Shown in pieces: positions 13,433 through 28,009 of a stretch of 64,000 bases of DNA. Positions within the stretch are counted from its first letter, which is position 1. Each line of letters opens with the position of its first letter. A model generated the notes under the pieces. That model was not told the origin of the DNA and ran no database searches. It worked only from the letters and a program-made list of their open reading frames with translations. Source of the stretch: the human T2T-CHM13v2.0 reference genome, Homo sapiens; NCBI RefSeq assembly GCF_009914755.1, contig NC_060937.1; one strand, 5' to 3'. Position numbers and translations under genes: made by a program.

Positions 13433-14970
13433 TTAATATCTAACAGGAAGTGATCATTTTTGTAAATTAGTTTATTATTCTACCTTTGAGGAATTGCCTG
13501 AGGCCTTTTCTCTGATCTGTGGTGGAGATAAGGTTGATACGCACAGCTTCTCTCAGTTGTGAGCGAGTATTTATTGGAATAGCTCTGCTAAGGTAAAGTG
13601 GAGACTTCTAGTATCTTGTCTGGCTTATTGTACAAGACATACACAATACCTAGCATGCACATATAATGCAGGGTGCTGGCGGTGGCAAGAATGAGTGCTG
13701 GTTTACAGATTATTCATGTTACTGCTTTCTGGGTAGAGTTTCTAAAGGAAGGCTGTATTTTACTCAGAAAATAATCTTAAATGGCCCGTTGGTATGATGC
13801 AAGTTGCTTATCAGTAGTTTCCTGTTTTGCTTTATAATCCTTCTCAATAGAGAAGGATTCCTCAATAGAGAAGGAATATTGAGAACAATATTCCTCAAAC
13901 TTATTAAAATCCCATTGTATGAAATAACAATGTAACATAGGGAGGGAAGGAAAGAAAAGAGGCTGAGTTCATGCTTGGAGGGAAACAAGAAGGGAGAGAA
14001 GAATGTCAGAAAGGTCATGTGGCTGAGACCTGGGCCGCTGGAGTTATGAATTGCTAGACTGGCAATTTGTAATTGGCAAATTCTACTGCCTCGCCTCCCA
14101 GGGCTTTTCTTGAGTGAACTGTGTGCCCAGGCCAGACAGGCACCTGATACATCTATTTGTTTGTTTGTTTTTATTGTATCTTCTATCTTCTAAGGAGCTT
14201 AGTATGTAAGATACTTTGTACCTGGCCCCTCAAATAGTAAGAATGGAGCTGTAAAGGAATAAGTGCCCATTTTCTGGGACACTCCAAGAGTCTGACTCAG
14301 GGGACAGGCTGGGGAGAGGTAACTACCATCTTACATGATTTTCATATTGAGGAAATTATTTCATTTCATAAAATAAACTATGGATGGGACAGTTTAACTT
14401 AATTGTTCTTATAGTTAGTAAAATTTCCTACTAGATTAGTCTGCATATTGGGTGTCAGTTTTAGTAATTAGTGTTGTTTTAAGTTTACATTGTTTGCTTT
14501 GTTTTACTGATTTTTTTTTTCTTTTTTAATTGGAACTTGGATGGGACTCCATTACAAAGTATCATCCAGATGCTGTTCAAAATTGGGCCAAATCAGCATT
14601 AAAATGAAATTACACATTCATGGGATTTGTTACTAGAGTTGGTACTGTTTTGGAATGATTCATATAACATTTATAAGGACCAATTCTGAGAAAGATAAAT
14701 CATCGCTATAAATAATTTTTTAGATTACTTTAGTATCAGTCATATATTCACGCACATAACAAATATGCATTGAGCTTGTATAGTTCAAGGAATTTGCCAA
14801 GCCCTGGAACTAGAGGATGATTAAAACAGACATACTACTTGACCTCAACAAAAGTACAGTCAAGAAGGAAGTTACAAGCATTAAGCAAATGATTGCACAA
14901 TTCATACTTAATTACAACAATGATAAGTGCATCCTGGAAAATAAAATGTTATCAATCAATAGGTGCAAGG

Positions 14971-17900
14971 TGTCAACCTAAATAACAAACAGAGAGAAAT
15001 TCTCTAATAGAACACTGGATTGGGGATAGGGTATTTCAGTAGGAATATATGTGCCATAGTCAACTATGTGTGCATTCAGGGAGGTAAAGGAAGACAAAGG
15101 TATTCAAAGAAAAAATGTGGAGGATTACACAATTGTTTTGACATAGTTATCCTTGATTACAAGGATCAATAACAGGGGTGGTGCCATTCCAAGGTTGGAC
15201 AGGACATATGTCCTTGCAGAAGTGTTCTTTTGCGTAAGGTTGCAATGGTAAGATTGTGGTTTTTGCAGTCTTTCGTGGTAGTTCTTGTTATCAGGCATAT
15301 ATGCATGAGAATTCCCCCTTCATGGCCTTCTCCAGCTGCATTTGGCAGGCTCTATTTTTATTTCTAAAATAAATGACTCTATTTTAATCCTGAAAAATTT
15401 CACATTTTTCTACTTTGATCAAGATCTTTCCCTAAAAGTGTCACCGCTCAGTCATCCTGCAGTAAGGTTTCAGTTGTCTCTCAGTGCTGGGATGAGTCTG
15501 TCTTGGGTTGTTGGTCTGATCTCACATTGGGGGCAGTAAATGGTTACTAGGGGTCAGTGTTAAAACTCTTTTAGCTATATTTGAGCAACAAGGGAAGTTT
15601 GTAGTGAGTGGCACTCAGGCTTCCTGGAGTCCATTACTAAGTTCAATTTTGTTTGTTTTGTAGTCTTTGGCTATCATTTAAAATTGCTGGGCCAGCATTA
15701 TTCTGTTAGGAGTTGTCCTGCAGTAATTCAACAAGTAACAGATACAAAGTTTTAAAAGGTAAAATACAAAGCAAAATTAATGGTAATATTATAATCTCAG
15801 TTTGCATAATAGTTTTGAGTCATTAGTCTTAAACTAATTGATAAATCAAATGATTTTTATCCTGTCATGCAAAAAAGAAGGCATTAAGAGGAGTAGAAGT
15901 CTCATTGTGATTTGGAGTTTTGTATCAGCATCTTGGGAAAAGCTATCTACAGTGTGTACACATCAATTTCTTATCCTAGTTTGCACTTTGAATGTCTCTG
16001 GTTATGGCATCAAGCAGTTTGGTGCAATTTTGTGTGGCCCATATACCAGGTATGAAATTTCCTTTTAAAAATTAATCTAATTTCAACTTACAGGGTATCA
16101 AGAACAGAGCTGTTCCCATTTTTGGTAATTCTGTGGAAGAAAGCTAGATTGGAGGAATCTAAAATAATTCAGTATCTAATCTGGTCTATAGGTAGATAAC
16201 AAGAACTTGAATATACTTACAGAGCTACAATCTAATAACAGATGTATTAAAGATTTTTTTTAGAAACAACTTTTTCTGTCTACATTGATCACATAAGAAT
16301 CTCATATTTAAAAACCTCTTGAGCCTAGGAAGCTTCGCCAAGGCAGATTTTATGTGCTGTCTTAATGTTCCTAGGCTTGCCAGGAAGTGACAGTTTTTAC
16401 TTACTCACTGTAAGGCTGGGAACCTTTGAAGGCAGATGTTCTTTGCATGTTCTTGTATATTATGTTCTGTTTAAAGCCTTGGTAATACAACCAATGTTTT
16501 CGATTGTATCCTTCTATAAAGAGATAGCAAATTTTTATTGAATTTATGCAAATAACCATACGGCCACAAAAAATGACAAATGCTCATGAATAGTTTCTGC
16601 ATTTGGGGGGATCAAGTAGGGAGAAAAAACAAATATTTCCACCTTTGTTCATAAAAAGTATGTTGTGCCAAATTGCTATACACTACCAAAAGCTTATGAG
16701 AGAAAATGTCCATAAATCTGGAGAATTAAGTAAGAATCAACAACGTTTCAAATAAGTCATAAAACATTATTTTCATCAGTTACTTTATCTCATGTGGTTA
16801 AATTTTGTTCAGCTTGACCTTGATTTGCAGTTTCATGAATTCATCAGTTTCTTCATTACAGTTTAGTGTTTTATTTAGCTCATTTATCTTAAAGTTATTC
16901 GAAACTTCCATTTAAGACTGCTTATTAGAGTATTTTCCATGAATCTGATTGCAGATGCCTCAAGAGAATTCAAAACAAAACTGTGGGTGACAAAAACTTA
17001 GAACAACTATGGATAAAAATATAGTAAAAGTTTATAATTGACAAGGAAATTTAGCTATTTAACAACCCAAATCATGACTGATAGCATCACATCAGGACTA
17101 TCAGACTTTTATAAATTTCACATAATCTTTAGAATACTCACATTGATAATGTAGCCACAATATAGCTATAAACAAGAGTTAACACAACAAAAAATATGAC
17201 TGGTGACATATTACATTCTTATTAATTTATATAATTTTTGAAACAATAACATATCTAGTCATTTTACTTCAGGACAAACATTGACCACATAGTATTTTTT
17301 CTCATAAAAATGTATTCTCTTTTCTTTTCAACTCTTCTTACCAAAAATACATTTTCATACCCATAACTTTCTTCACATTTTTCTCTCCTACTTACTTGTT
17401 CCTTTTTACCATGTTTTTGTATTTTTCCAAATTTTTATTTAGAAACAACCTTTAAATAAACTCCAAATTAGAAAAAATATTCTTTTTCTCAATAAAGAAC
17501 ACTTTTATGCTTTTCTTACATTTTTCATTAAAAACATTTCATTTTTGATACACTTTATATACAAAATTATGTATATTAATTGTTATTTTACTTTTTAGTA
17601 ACACTAATTTTTAGTGAAAGCCTACTAAGCAAGCAATCTTTAACTCTGTTACAAATTAGTATTTTGTAGATAAAAATTATTATATAATTTTAGAAACATG
17701 ATTCCAAAGAATGTAACTTGTTATGTCTTAATAGACCCAAATATATTTAGACTTTCTATAAAATATAGGAAGCCAGTAACAAAATTATATTTATGTTTAG
17801 CAATTTATGTTTCAGTTTTGTATCTTATTCGAAAGTGACCCTGACATTTAGTGAGTATCTGTCACTTAATTCAACACAACAAAACTTTAAGATTTTAAAT

Positions 17901-20751
17901 TAAACAAAAAGTTTATTCACAAACATTTATCTTTTTTATATTTACCTGATTTATTTATCTTTAACAATTATAACTAGCTACTTATGAAAACTAAGATATT
18001 AGATAAAATGAGTCATCATTTGAAGTTTTTTCTCTGTTAACCATTTTTATAGCCTGTGAATGTCAAGTGTTTTCCTAAATAAGAGACTTGAAGATATTTG
18101 CGTGGACATTTTGTTGATAACTCATAAGATGTAGCTGTTTTTATTAAACAAGCAATATTAAATTACTCTCACATATCAAAGATTTACACAAACAAAGATC
18201 ATTCTGTTTCTAGGCAGATTTGATAGTTTTATAAACTTTGCGTCAAATCCTAACACCTTGAAACATCTAGCAGAGACAAATATAATCCTGTCTGACCAGT
18301 AAACCATAGAAAAAAATGTATGCCAATGACTTTGTATTTTTGTATTTTTATTTGTATTTTTATTTCTTCACCAAATGTAAAACCAACTTATTTATTAAAG
18401 ATTTACTTAAGCCATGTGAACTAAAAGGCATTTAGGTTTATCACTATATATTTTATATGAGCAGGCATCTGTCTAAATCAATCTGAAGAGAATTTTTAAA
18501 GGGATTTCTGGCCCTCTACTCCAGATTTTATCATGTAGACACAACATATACCATAAAACATGTGCATGTGTATGAACATACCTAAGCCACATACATACAC
18601 AACTAAAGATCTTATAGCTTTCATTCTAGAATTTTGGTCATAAGATAGTAATACTAATTTATAAAAGACAGTTGGTTCCAAATTATGTATCTGACAAAAT
18701 AGGACCTGTTTACATGACTAAATTCTATGACCCCTATAGATAGTCTTACAATGTCTGTGGACCAACATTTTAGATACAACTTATTTTTGAATCTCATTTA
18801 CCCTTTCTCCCCTACCTCCTTTTTTTTCATTTTCAAGTGAGTTTAGGGTTATATATTCCATTGTTTACATTTTAGCTAGGAATAGCGTAATTGTGTAAGA
18901 AAAACAAAATCCCCGTGTGGCCTTGAAATCTATCATTCTTTGCTGGTCTATTTTACTTAACTAGTCTATGAGGGCAAGAAAGCATTTTACCAGGTTTTTT
19001 TTTTTTCCAGTTTTTTTCTGGCCCCTGCATGGCATACAAAGCAATTTTTATGTTGGATATAAATATATTATTGCTCTGAGATCAAGATTTTGTCCTTTTT
19101 GATTTAAGTGCCTAACTTTTATAAACACTTATTTAGATATTTTTCTTTTAGAAATCTATTATTCAATTATCTGTTCCATCACCCTAAGCAATTGTCAGAC
19201 AAATGTAAATGTACATTTCCAGAAGGTGTCTAACTTGCTGGTTGTCATGGAGCTATGATAATTTGTAAAACCATCCATTTGGTAGCCCTTCAGGACTTTG
19301 TTTGTTTGTTTGTTTGTTTGTTTTTTAATCTTGGCTTGCATGCCATAACCAGTGAATTTTATTTCAACACTTGCAGTAAAGTCAGTAGATTCAAAGTAGG
19401 TAGGAAAAAATTAGAGAACTTTGAAGGTTCTACATGTTAAGTGTATGGTTGCAGTCTCTTAATTTTGTACTAAGCAAAAACAAGCTTGGAGATTTCCCCA
19501 TGATGACCATTGATCCAACAACATACGAGGAAAAGCCATGTATCTGGCTGGAGTCCCAGAAAGCTTGGCATGCCTTACTATTTAAGAATCCCATTCCATT
19601 TTTTATAAATCTCTCGAGAGCAAAGACAATCCTATAAATCTTGTCAAGGAAGGTCATAAGTTTGGATTGGCATTTTAGATGGTTGTGACTTCCTTAGTGA
19701 TTTTTAATTAGTCATTCTGCACCCACCATTTAGAATGTTTTGTTTTGTTCTCAGAAGATTTACAGAAACAAGCAGGGGGAAAGAACCAATCATTTGCAGA
19801 CATCCATCACTAATAAAATGAAACCCAAATCAGAGTGTGTACAAAAATTTTAACCCAGGTGTGCAGATCAAACAAAATATTAAATTAGGCATGCAAAAAT
19901 AACAAGGGTAAATTCACCAGCAAGACATGTCTCAGAGACGGAATGTTAATTTTGCAGAAACTAGAGTACTGAAGCCAGAAGGACAGTTGTCTTTAAACCA
20001 GAAAGCAATTGCCAGGAAAGATAAAAAGTCTTTTATCATCCTAGGAGGGATGTTAAGATGTTTTATCGAAGCTGGCCTTCTAACCAAACCAAATCCCTAA
20101 CTTAAAAAAAAAAAAAAAGGCCTCTACAAAAAAGAGAGAAGGTCCGCCTGAGTGAAGACTCAGCAGGGCAGGAAAGGCGAGCATGGAAGCAGAGCTCTCA
20201 AGGGGCTCAGGTGGTTCCCACATGCTGGTTCCTAGAACTGCCAATTCCTTCTGGAAGTGATCTGGCTTCAGATCCCACTTCTGGACACCATTTATGACAA
20301 GCTTTAGAGAGAGGGTCTCTAATATAAAATAATGTTTATTTGGGGATAGGGCATTGCCTTGGGAATACATGTGCCACAGTGAACTGTGTGTGTATATACA
20401 GGAATTAAAGGAAGACAATGGCTTATAAAGAAAAAATGAGGAAGACTATGTAATTGTTTTGAGATAATTACCCTTGACTACAAGGTGCTGAGGTTGGACA
20501 AGCAGTCTCTGGGCAGATATTCTCACAGAAATGTTTTTTTGTGTAAGGCTACAAAGACCTTTTTGCAAGCTTGTAGTTTTTGTAGTCATTTCTGATGGTT
20601 CTTATTACCAGGCATACTTGCATGAGAACCATCCCTTTTGGCCTTCCCGGCTCTGTTGTCAGGTTTTATCTTTTTCTCTCTTTCTTTCTTTTTTTTTTTT
20701 TCTTTAACATGACTTTAAAGCTGCTCCATTTCAATTCTGACAAACTGCACA
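14971..20751 (-). mobile_element. ERV1 MER4-group (MER65-like) element with both LTRs (3' LTR 14971-15404, 5' LTR 20295-20751) and a degenerate ~4.9-kb internal region
   Basis: Two homologous ~440-bp direct repeats. PBS on the minus strand at 20272-20290 (TGGTGTCCAGAAGTGGGAT, near-complementary to the tRNA-Leu 3' end). Purine tract on the minus strand next to the left LTR. Flanks AAGG/AATG (4-bp TSD with one mismatch). Family name from recall. Confidence 0.85.
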
Positions 20752-20794
20752 AATGAGAGCAAGTAACCTAGAAAGGATGCTCCAGTTTGGGGGT

Positions 20795-21515
<721 letters not shown>

Positions 21516-22055
21516 AAGCTTAGTACAGATGACTGAGGAAAGGTTCCGAAGGGATAGAACTTTCCAGACATGGGGGACAGAGTATGTAAACACTGACGGA
21601 CCTGGCAGAAATCATGAAAGGACTGAGAAAGGAGAATGGGGGAAGTATGAAGGATGAAGGGGAGATTGGCCAAATGTCTCTGTAGGTGTGGAATCTCTAG
21701 GTCATCTAGACCGGAAACTTCCATTCTATTTAGACTCCAGAGGTCTTCTGAAATCCTGTATATGCACATTTTTCCTATACTGAGTCAGCCAAATATGTTT
21801 GTTAGTAATTACCACTATTAGGAATCTAAAAGTCCCTAGGCACATGTAGTTTTATGGAACCAAGTCCTGCTGTTTTCTGTGTAACTGAGTTTGCCAAGAC
21901 ATAGCTGGAGGAGCAATTTTCTCATATATACAAGCGAACACAAATTAATTTCTGTTACATACGTAGATTGTTGTCTGAGGACTGCTTGATAGTAGGAATT
22001 TGGCTGTAGTGTAGTTAAAGTGAGGCAAGAACAGGAATCCCAGTTATTTTCCCAA

Positions 22056-22115
22056 CTCCTCCTCTTCCTCTTCTTCTTCCTCCTCCTCCTCTTCTTCCTC
22101 CCCCTCCTCCTCCTT
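22056..22115. repeat. (CCT/CTT)n polypyrimidine simple repeat
   Basis: ctcctcctcttcctcttcttcttcctcctcctcc... seen directly. Confidence 0.9.
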
Positions 22116-22387
22116 TTTCATCAAATACTTTAAAATATATAAATTTTTATTTTATGATTCCACAGACCATAAAATGGAACTGTTGGACAGGACTTTAAGT
22201 TGGAATAGAGACAAGATTGAAATTGTGTTATGCTCAAATTCCAATATTTTTTTAAAATAGTAATTACTACAGGGTTGTTTTCATTAAGAAAAAGTTATTT
22301 ACAAATCTTTTCAAACTTCATATTTTTTCCACAGGCCCAGGAACACAGCTTTTTTGCTATTCAAAGTAGAAGTAAATATAGAGAATG

Positions 22388-22388
<1 letters not shown>

Positions 22389-22427
<39 letters not shown>
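22389..22427. repeat. (TG)17 microsatellite followed by CGCGC
   Basis: Seen directly. Confidence 0.95.
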
Positions 22428-23667
22428 CTGTGCATGTGTATGCATTTCTTTTTAAAATTTATTTAGTCCTTATGTTAATAATATGCCTGGCACTTAAGAA
22501 TCCTAAGTAATTTGTTTGGTAAAGTCAGAAAGAAGAGCAGTCAGAGAGGTGTTCATAATGAAAGCTACAAAAATCAGCTTTTGACTTGTTGGATAGGCTC
22601 CCATCCCTGATTCAAAAATACCTGGACCACATATCAAGGCCATCCAATTCATAGAGCGTTGGTGATGGGCCTGACTTAAAGTCTGAAAATTACATCTGTA
22701 AAACTGTGTTCTCTATAAAAATATGCACATTTGCCAAAGTGAAGAAAGGAAAAAAATTCCATTAAATGTAGGTTCAATAAATGTATTAGAAAACATTTAA
22801 TTAACTATCTCTCTGTTAAAACACATCTCGTGACTGCTGTTCCCACTCTCATTGGTGTTTATCTGCTGGTAAAGTGCTCCCCCATATTTCTATTTGCTGT
22901 GTGGTGCAGTGCGACCACACAGTTCAGACACAACCTCTGCTTTGTGATTTACCTCAACACTTTAACTGTGAGCTTCTTTTTTTACTGTACTTCAGTGTAT
23001 TTCCCAGAAAATATATTCTCTATGAGGGATAAAATAAAATATCAATTAGAAACAAACAAAAACAATTCAGAGAGATATTAACCATTCAGTCTTCTAAGTT
23101 ATCAAAGATTATATTCTTCACCAAGTCATATAACCAGGTCCCAGTAAAATACCATCATGCAGGCAATTTAACATCATGTAATTTAAAATACCATCATGCA
23201 GGCAGCTTTCAACAAAGCATCCTATAAGAAAAGATTATTTGTACTTACATCTTTAAAAGTTTTGAAATTGCTGTTGAAGATTGTTTTATTATATTGTCCA
23301 TTGTCTGTTGCTTAAAGACTTATAAATTTTGCTTAAGAGTTTAGAGTTACCAAAAAATAGCTGCTGACAATATGCAGATACTATTTTATTAACTAATGAC
23401 ACATATTTGCATTCTGGTTTTCCTTTTGGCCTTCAGTAACAAGAGGCTTAGGACTAAATATTAGGCTGAAGGGTAGTGTTTCCTTCCCTAGGTCTTCGCG
23501 TATAATTGTCACCTCCTCCTTTTCATTATTCTGTCATTTTGCCCTTGTTTTATAGTGCTTGTGCCTTTTATTCTAAGCGGTCTCAAAGGCTTTTCTGGAA
23601 ATACACAGTGTATAAGTACAAAATGATGAAATAAACATACTTCTTTATTTTGTTTTAAAAGATGCTT

Positions 23668-23712
23668 GGGTGGGACTAGATGACCTCTAAGATCCTTTCC
23701 AGCTCTAAATTT
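23668..23712 (+). mobile_element. MIR-family 3' fragment
   Basis: ggactagatgacctctaagatcctttccagctctaa. Confidence 0.65.
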
Positions 23713-24591
23713 ATGTTACTGTCACCAAAGACAGACAAAAAAAAAAATCTATTAGGTTATAGGCCTAAAGATGAATGCCAAGTACTATATTCCTGCTCTA
23801 GGTGTATTTCTTGTTGAAGGCAGTGCTAGATTCTGTGACCTGTTACGGCCCCTTACATTCTTATGGTGATAAAATAAGAGAACTGATTGCTAAGAAAAAA
23901 AAATTCAGTTAAAATATCTTTTTACTCTTAAGCATCAACAAAAAATAAGAAATAGAAAACAGAAGAGCTGAATTATTTCTTCTGAGCTATTTATAATAAA
24001 TTTGGACAACTAAGCTAAGCCTGAGTGTAGCTAATTTAATGAAATTGGTCATATTTGAATATTGTCACAACCTTACTATCACATTAGCATTAAGTGTGAT
24101 TAAAATTTATTCTTTGTTTCTGTGTGAGTCTCCACAGAATCAGCTATCAACACCTTCATAATAAACTAGCCCTTCATTGCTTTTGGGAAACTTTTAGATT
24201 CAGAGCAGGTGGTTGGGCTTCTGCTTTAGAAGAGAACAAATCATTTTTGAAGTGCCTTTCCTGTTTGTGTGTGTGAACTTAGAACACAGAAATTGTCCAT
24301 TGCATCATTTTTGCTAGGAGGTAGAAGTTATTAAAAATATAGGAAATACTAGATATCATGTACTGATAATTTCCAAAGCTAATTATTTTTCTTGTGGCCA
24401 ACTGAATTAGAGTAAAAACATAAAAGTTAAAAACCAAGCTACAATTTAAGAGGTGTACTTGTGAAATATAAATATTGTTTTACAGTAATAAAATGTTTCT
24501 CATGGGAAAATAGAATATGATTTTTGTTGAAGTTCAAGGGAATATCTGTTTTCATTCAGGTAGTTTCCAGATTTTTGTCTTTACAATGTTC

Positions 24592-25018
24592 TGTGTAATG
24601 ATTTAAATACTGTACCTCCAAAATTTATGTCCACTAGATACTTTAGAATGCGACTTATTTGGAAGTAGGGTCTTTGCAGATATAATTAACTCAAGGATTG
24701 AGATGAGGTCATCCTGGATGAAGGTGGGCCCTAAATCCAATGTAAATGTCCTTATAAGACACAGGAAAAGACACACACGGAGAAGGTCATGTGAAGATGG
24801 AGACAGAAATTGGAGTTATGCAGTCGCAAATCAAAGAAGGCCAAGGATTGCCAGGAGCAAGGGAGGATTCCTCCTGAGGGTCTTCAGAGGGAGTATGGCC
24901 CTGCCAACATCTTGATTTCAGAGGTCCAGGCTTCAGAACTGTGAGAGAATATATTTCTGTCCTCTTAACCCACCAAGTTTGTGATAATTAGGTATGATGG
25001 CCCTAGGCGACTACTACA
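24592..25018 (+). mobile_element. MLT1B/C-like solo LTR
   Basis: ttatttggaagtagggtctttgcagatataatt...gatgaggtcatcctggat...gggccctaaatccaatg...cagaactgtgagagaata...ccctagg. Confidence 0.85.
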
Positions 25019-28009
25019 TTCTAATTCAGAAGTTCTTCTTGGTTTTATTATATCATGTGTTGGTAGGAAGTATCTAGGTGTTTCATTTGCATGATATGTT
25101 GGTAATCTTAGAATTATCGTATCTTGCAAGTAATTTTAAAGTATATTTTAATGTAGCCAGAAGCTTTTTAAATATGAAATTTAATTCGTGCTTGTGTCAA
25201 TTACATTTGAAAAAAATACAAAAAAGCTATATAAGATTCTAGGATCTTTCAGAATTTTATAATGCTTCTAATGAAAAGTTGGTTAAATAAAATTTGTACT
25301 CTAAATCATTTTGTTGTTGGCTTAAAATAGCATTTAATTTATTAGTACTCAGATAACAGTTTTCCCCTAAATAGCATATTTACTTTCATATGTTGGTATC
25401 AAACAGTGAAGTGAGACAGCAAATCAGTACAAAGTGGTGATTATCTATCATCATAAATCCATGAAGGATAGCCTTGATCTTACTGAGAGGAGTTTAATTT
25501 TAAAATGCATTCCTGGAAAAGGCAAGTTAGTATAACATTTCAAACTCGTATAGCATTATTGGTAATTGATTATAGTTATAATTGATCATTTCATATTTGG
25601 ACAGTCACTTTGAATCAAATTAGGATAATTATAAATTAAAGATTTATTATCATTTGCTTTGAATTTTTGATTAAAAAATTTAAAACCATAAAAACAGAGC
25701 TTTGACTATAAAAAACGTATTTATCCTTTCTTGGTAAGATTGGGGAGGGGTTTAAGAAAAGGCTAAGCAATGTTCTATTTTTTTACGTAGGCAAAAGTTC
25801 ATTTGTGCTACTTTTTAATTAGGTAGGTAATTTTTTTTGAAATGACAGCTTCCAAAACACTACTGATTTTACGTGTGCAGTCATTAGTTTTTCATGTGAA
25901 AATATTATCTTTCAAATTCACACAGATGCTTATTTTATGAAATGCAATGGGACTACTTACCTGCCACCTGACTAAACTGGCATGCGTAGATTCACGCCTT
26001 GCCAAATCAGGAGTTAGGGTGAACAGTGATTAATATCCATTCTTTAATGAGTTTCTAAGTCTTTCTGAACATGTTTTTATTATATTTGTTGCAGTGGGAT
26101 GGTAAAATTTTCAGGTTGGTTGCTGTACAAAGCATGATAATATCTTTATTAATGTTAATGACATCCATATCATAAAATATTATATTCTTAATAGGAAATT
26201 TGTTATATATAAATAACAATAAAGATCATAATAAGCTCTCCTTAATTCCATTTATTTTGACTTCATTATTAAGTTTAAAAACATAGGTGTCAAATTTAGA
26301 CATTATTTATATGTAATTATAAAGCCAAATTAATGTTAGAGATTAACTTAAAAGTAGTTTTGTGGCTCAACAATTGAAGTGAGATAGTGGGATCACAAAA
26401 GGCTTAATCATTTTGAATTGATTCCACAGATGTCTCCTTTCTCTAAATCCCCTGTAAGCCTCCTATCTTCCATGAAAGGTAGTCCCATAAACCTGGCACA
26501 TAAAATCAATCATATAACTCTTTTCCATTCTGAGATTTCAAAGATTAGGACTTTCAACATAGAGAAAAAGTGCTGTGTACAAGTTGAGTGTACAAAAGTC
26601 AACACTTGGCAATGGAATCCAGTATTTCCCAAGTATTTGAGGAAACTTACAAAAACCAAATCTCTAGTCCTTGCTTTCACATTTGCTGTCAGAACCAGGA
26701 AGGGAGGCCTAGAAATGGTTTGTATGGAAAATTTGTTCTTGTAGAAGCAGTTCACCTTCACTGATGAATAGATACAACATATTTCCCAGACCTCCTTTTA
26801 AGCCAAGATAGCAACATTTTTACCAGAGCCAAAGATAAAACCAGTGTTTAATCTCCTAGAAATTAGGAGATTTATGACTCTGGAAATGGAAAGAATTTTA
26901 ATATCCAGCCACATAACCAGGTCATACAAGAACATAATAAACAAACCAATCAAACAACAACAAGAATAACAACCGCAACATGGCCCCCATTCTCTTTTTA
27001 ACCCCCGATAGAAATAGCAATAAAGGTAAAACAAGAAAGCTCTCATCAAGTGTTTTCCTCATCTACTATTAATGATTTATTCTTACATTCTGTCCCAGTC
27101 CAGTTATCAAAAAATTCCAAGACAGACCCCTGTAACTGATTTGTAATGAATTCCAGGGTCAGATTCCAGATATTGTTTCCCCTGAAACTGTGTAAGTGCA
27201 CATCAGAATACTATACTTTTGGTGTGAATCTGAGCCAAATTCTATTGTATTCTAAATAAAGTGAAATTACTATCAGCCAATAGGGCATGGTATCAGTTTC
27301 AAATAGGACAAGCTGGTAAAGTCAGGAGAAATGACTTCCTCCTGAAGTGCTGTATATAAATTTATTACAATGCCTTTTAAAATTTTATATGTTCAACAGA
27401 GAGGGAACTAAGATCTTGTTATCATCATTTAAAAACAATTTTGTAGAATGTAAATATATCAGGGCTTGCCTTTTTTCCTTGTTAATGAAAAACAAGTAGT
27501 GCTTGGGGAGCAAGTATTCCTGTTCAACTGCTGTCACTCATTCCCAGCTCTGCTTAGAAGAAAGAAGCACAGATGGTGGGTCTATTACTTCCCCAACAAA
27601 AAATCTGCCTGTCTATATTTTTTGGTTTTATTCCATCCTTCTCATTGTAATGTGAACAATATTTCAAGTCAAGAGACTTCTGTAGGGATCTTTGAAATGT
27701 TTTATCCATTACTTGTACCTTAAAAAGAAAAAGAAGGAATTAATGATTTATTAAAATGTCACGAGGGGAACTCAAATAAAAATTATTGGTTACAAAAAAA
27801 TTTAATCTAGAAACCATGTTTTTTTGCATGCAAATTAAAGCCTTCAGGGAAGTGAGGTTTTATATCAGACTTAGATCCTAAAGTACTCACTTAATGACGA
27901 CAGACCACTTAGTCTATGTTAAACATACCTGTGTGGGTCTTTTTTATTTATACTGTGGCTCAATGAAAATTTGTCTATTGTAAACATATTAAGAAAAAGA
28001 GCATAGAGG

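Noticed and set aside
19430-19657. Overlapping opposite-strand ORFs inside the ERV interior
   Set aside because: Short, with no gag/pol/env motifs; consistent with chance.
22389-22427. (TG)17 CGCGC potential Z-DNA
   Set aside because: Ordinary microsatellite with no promoter context.
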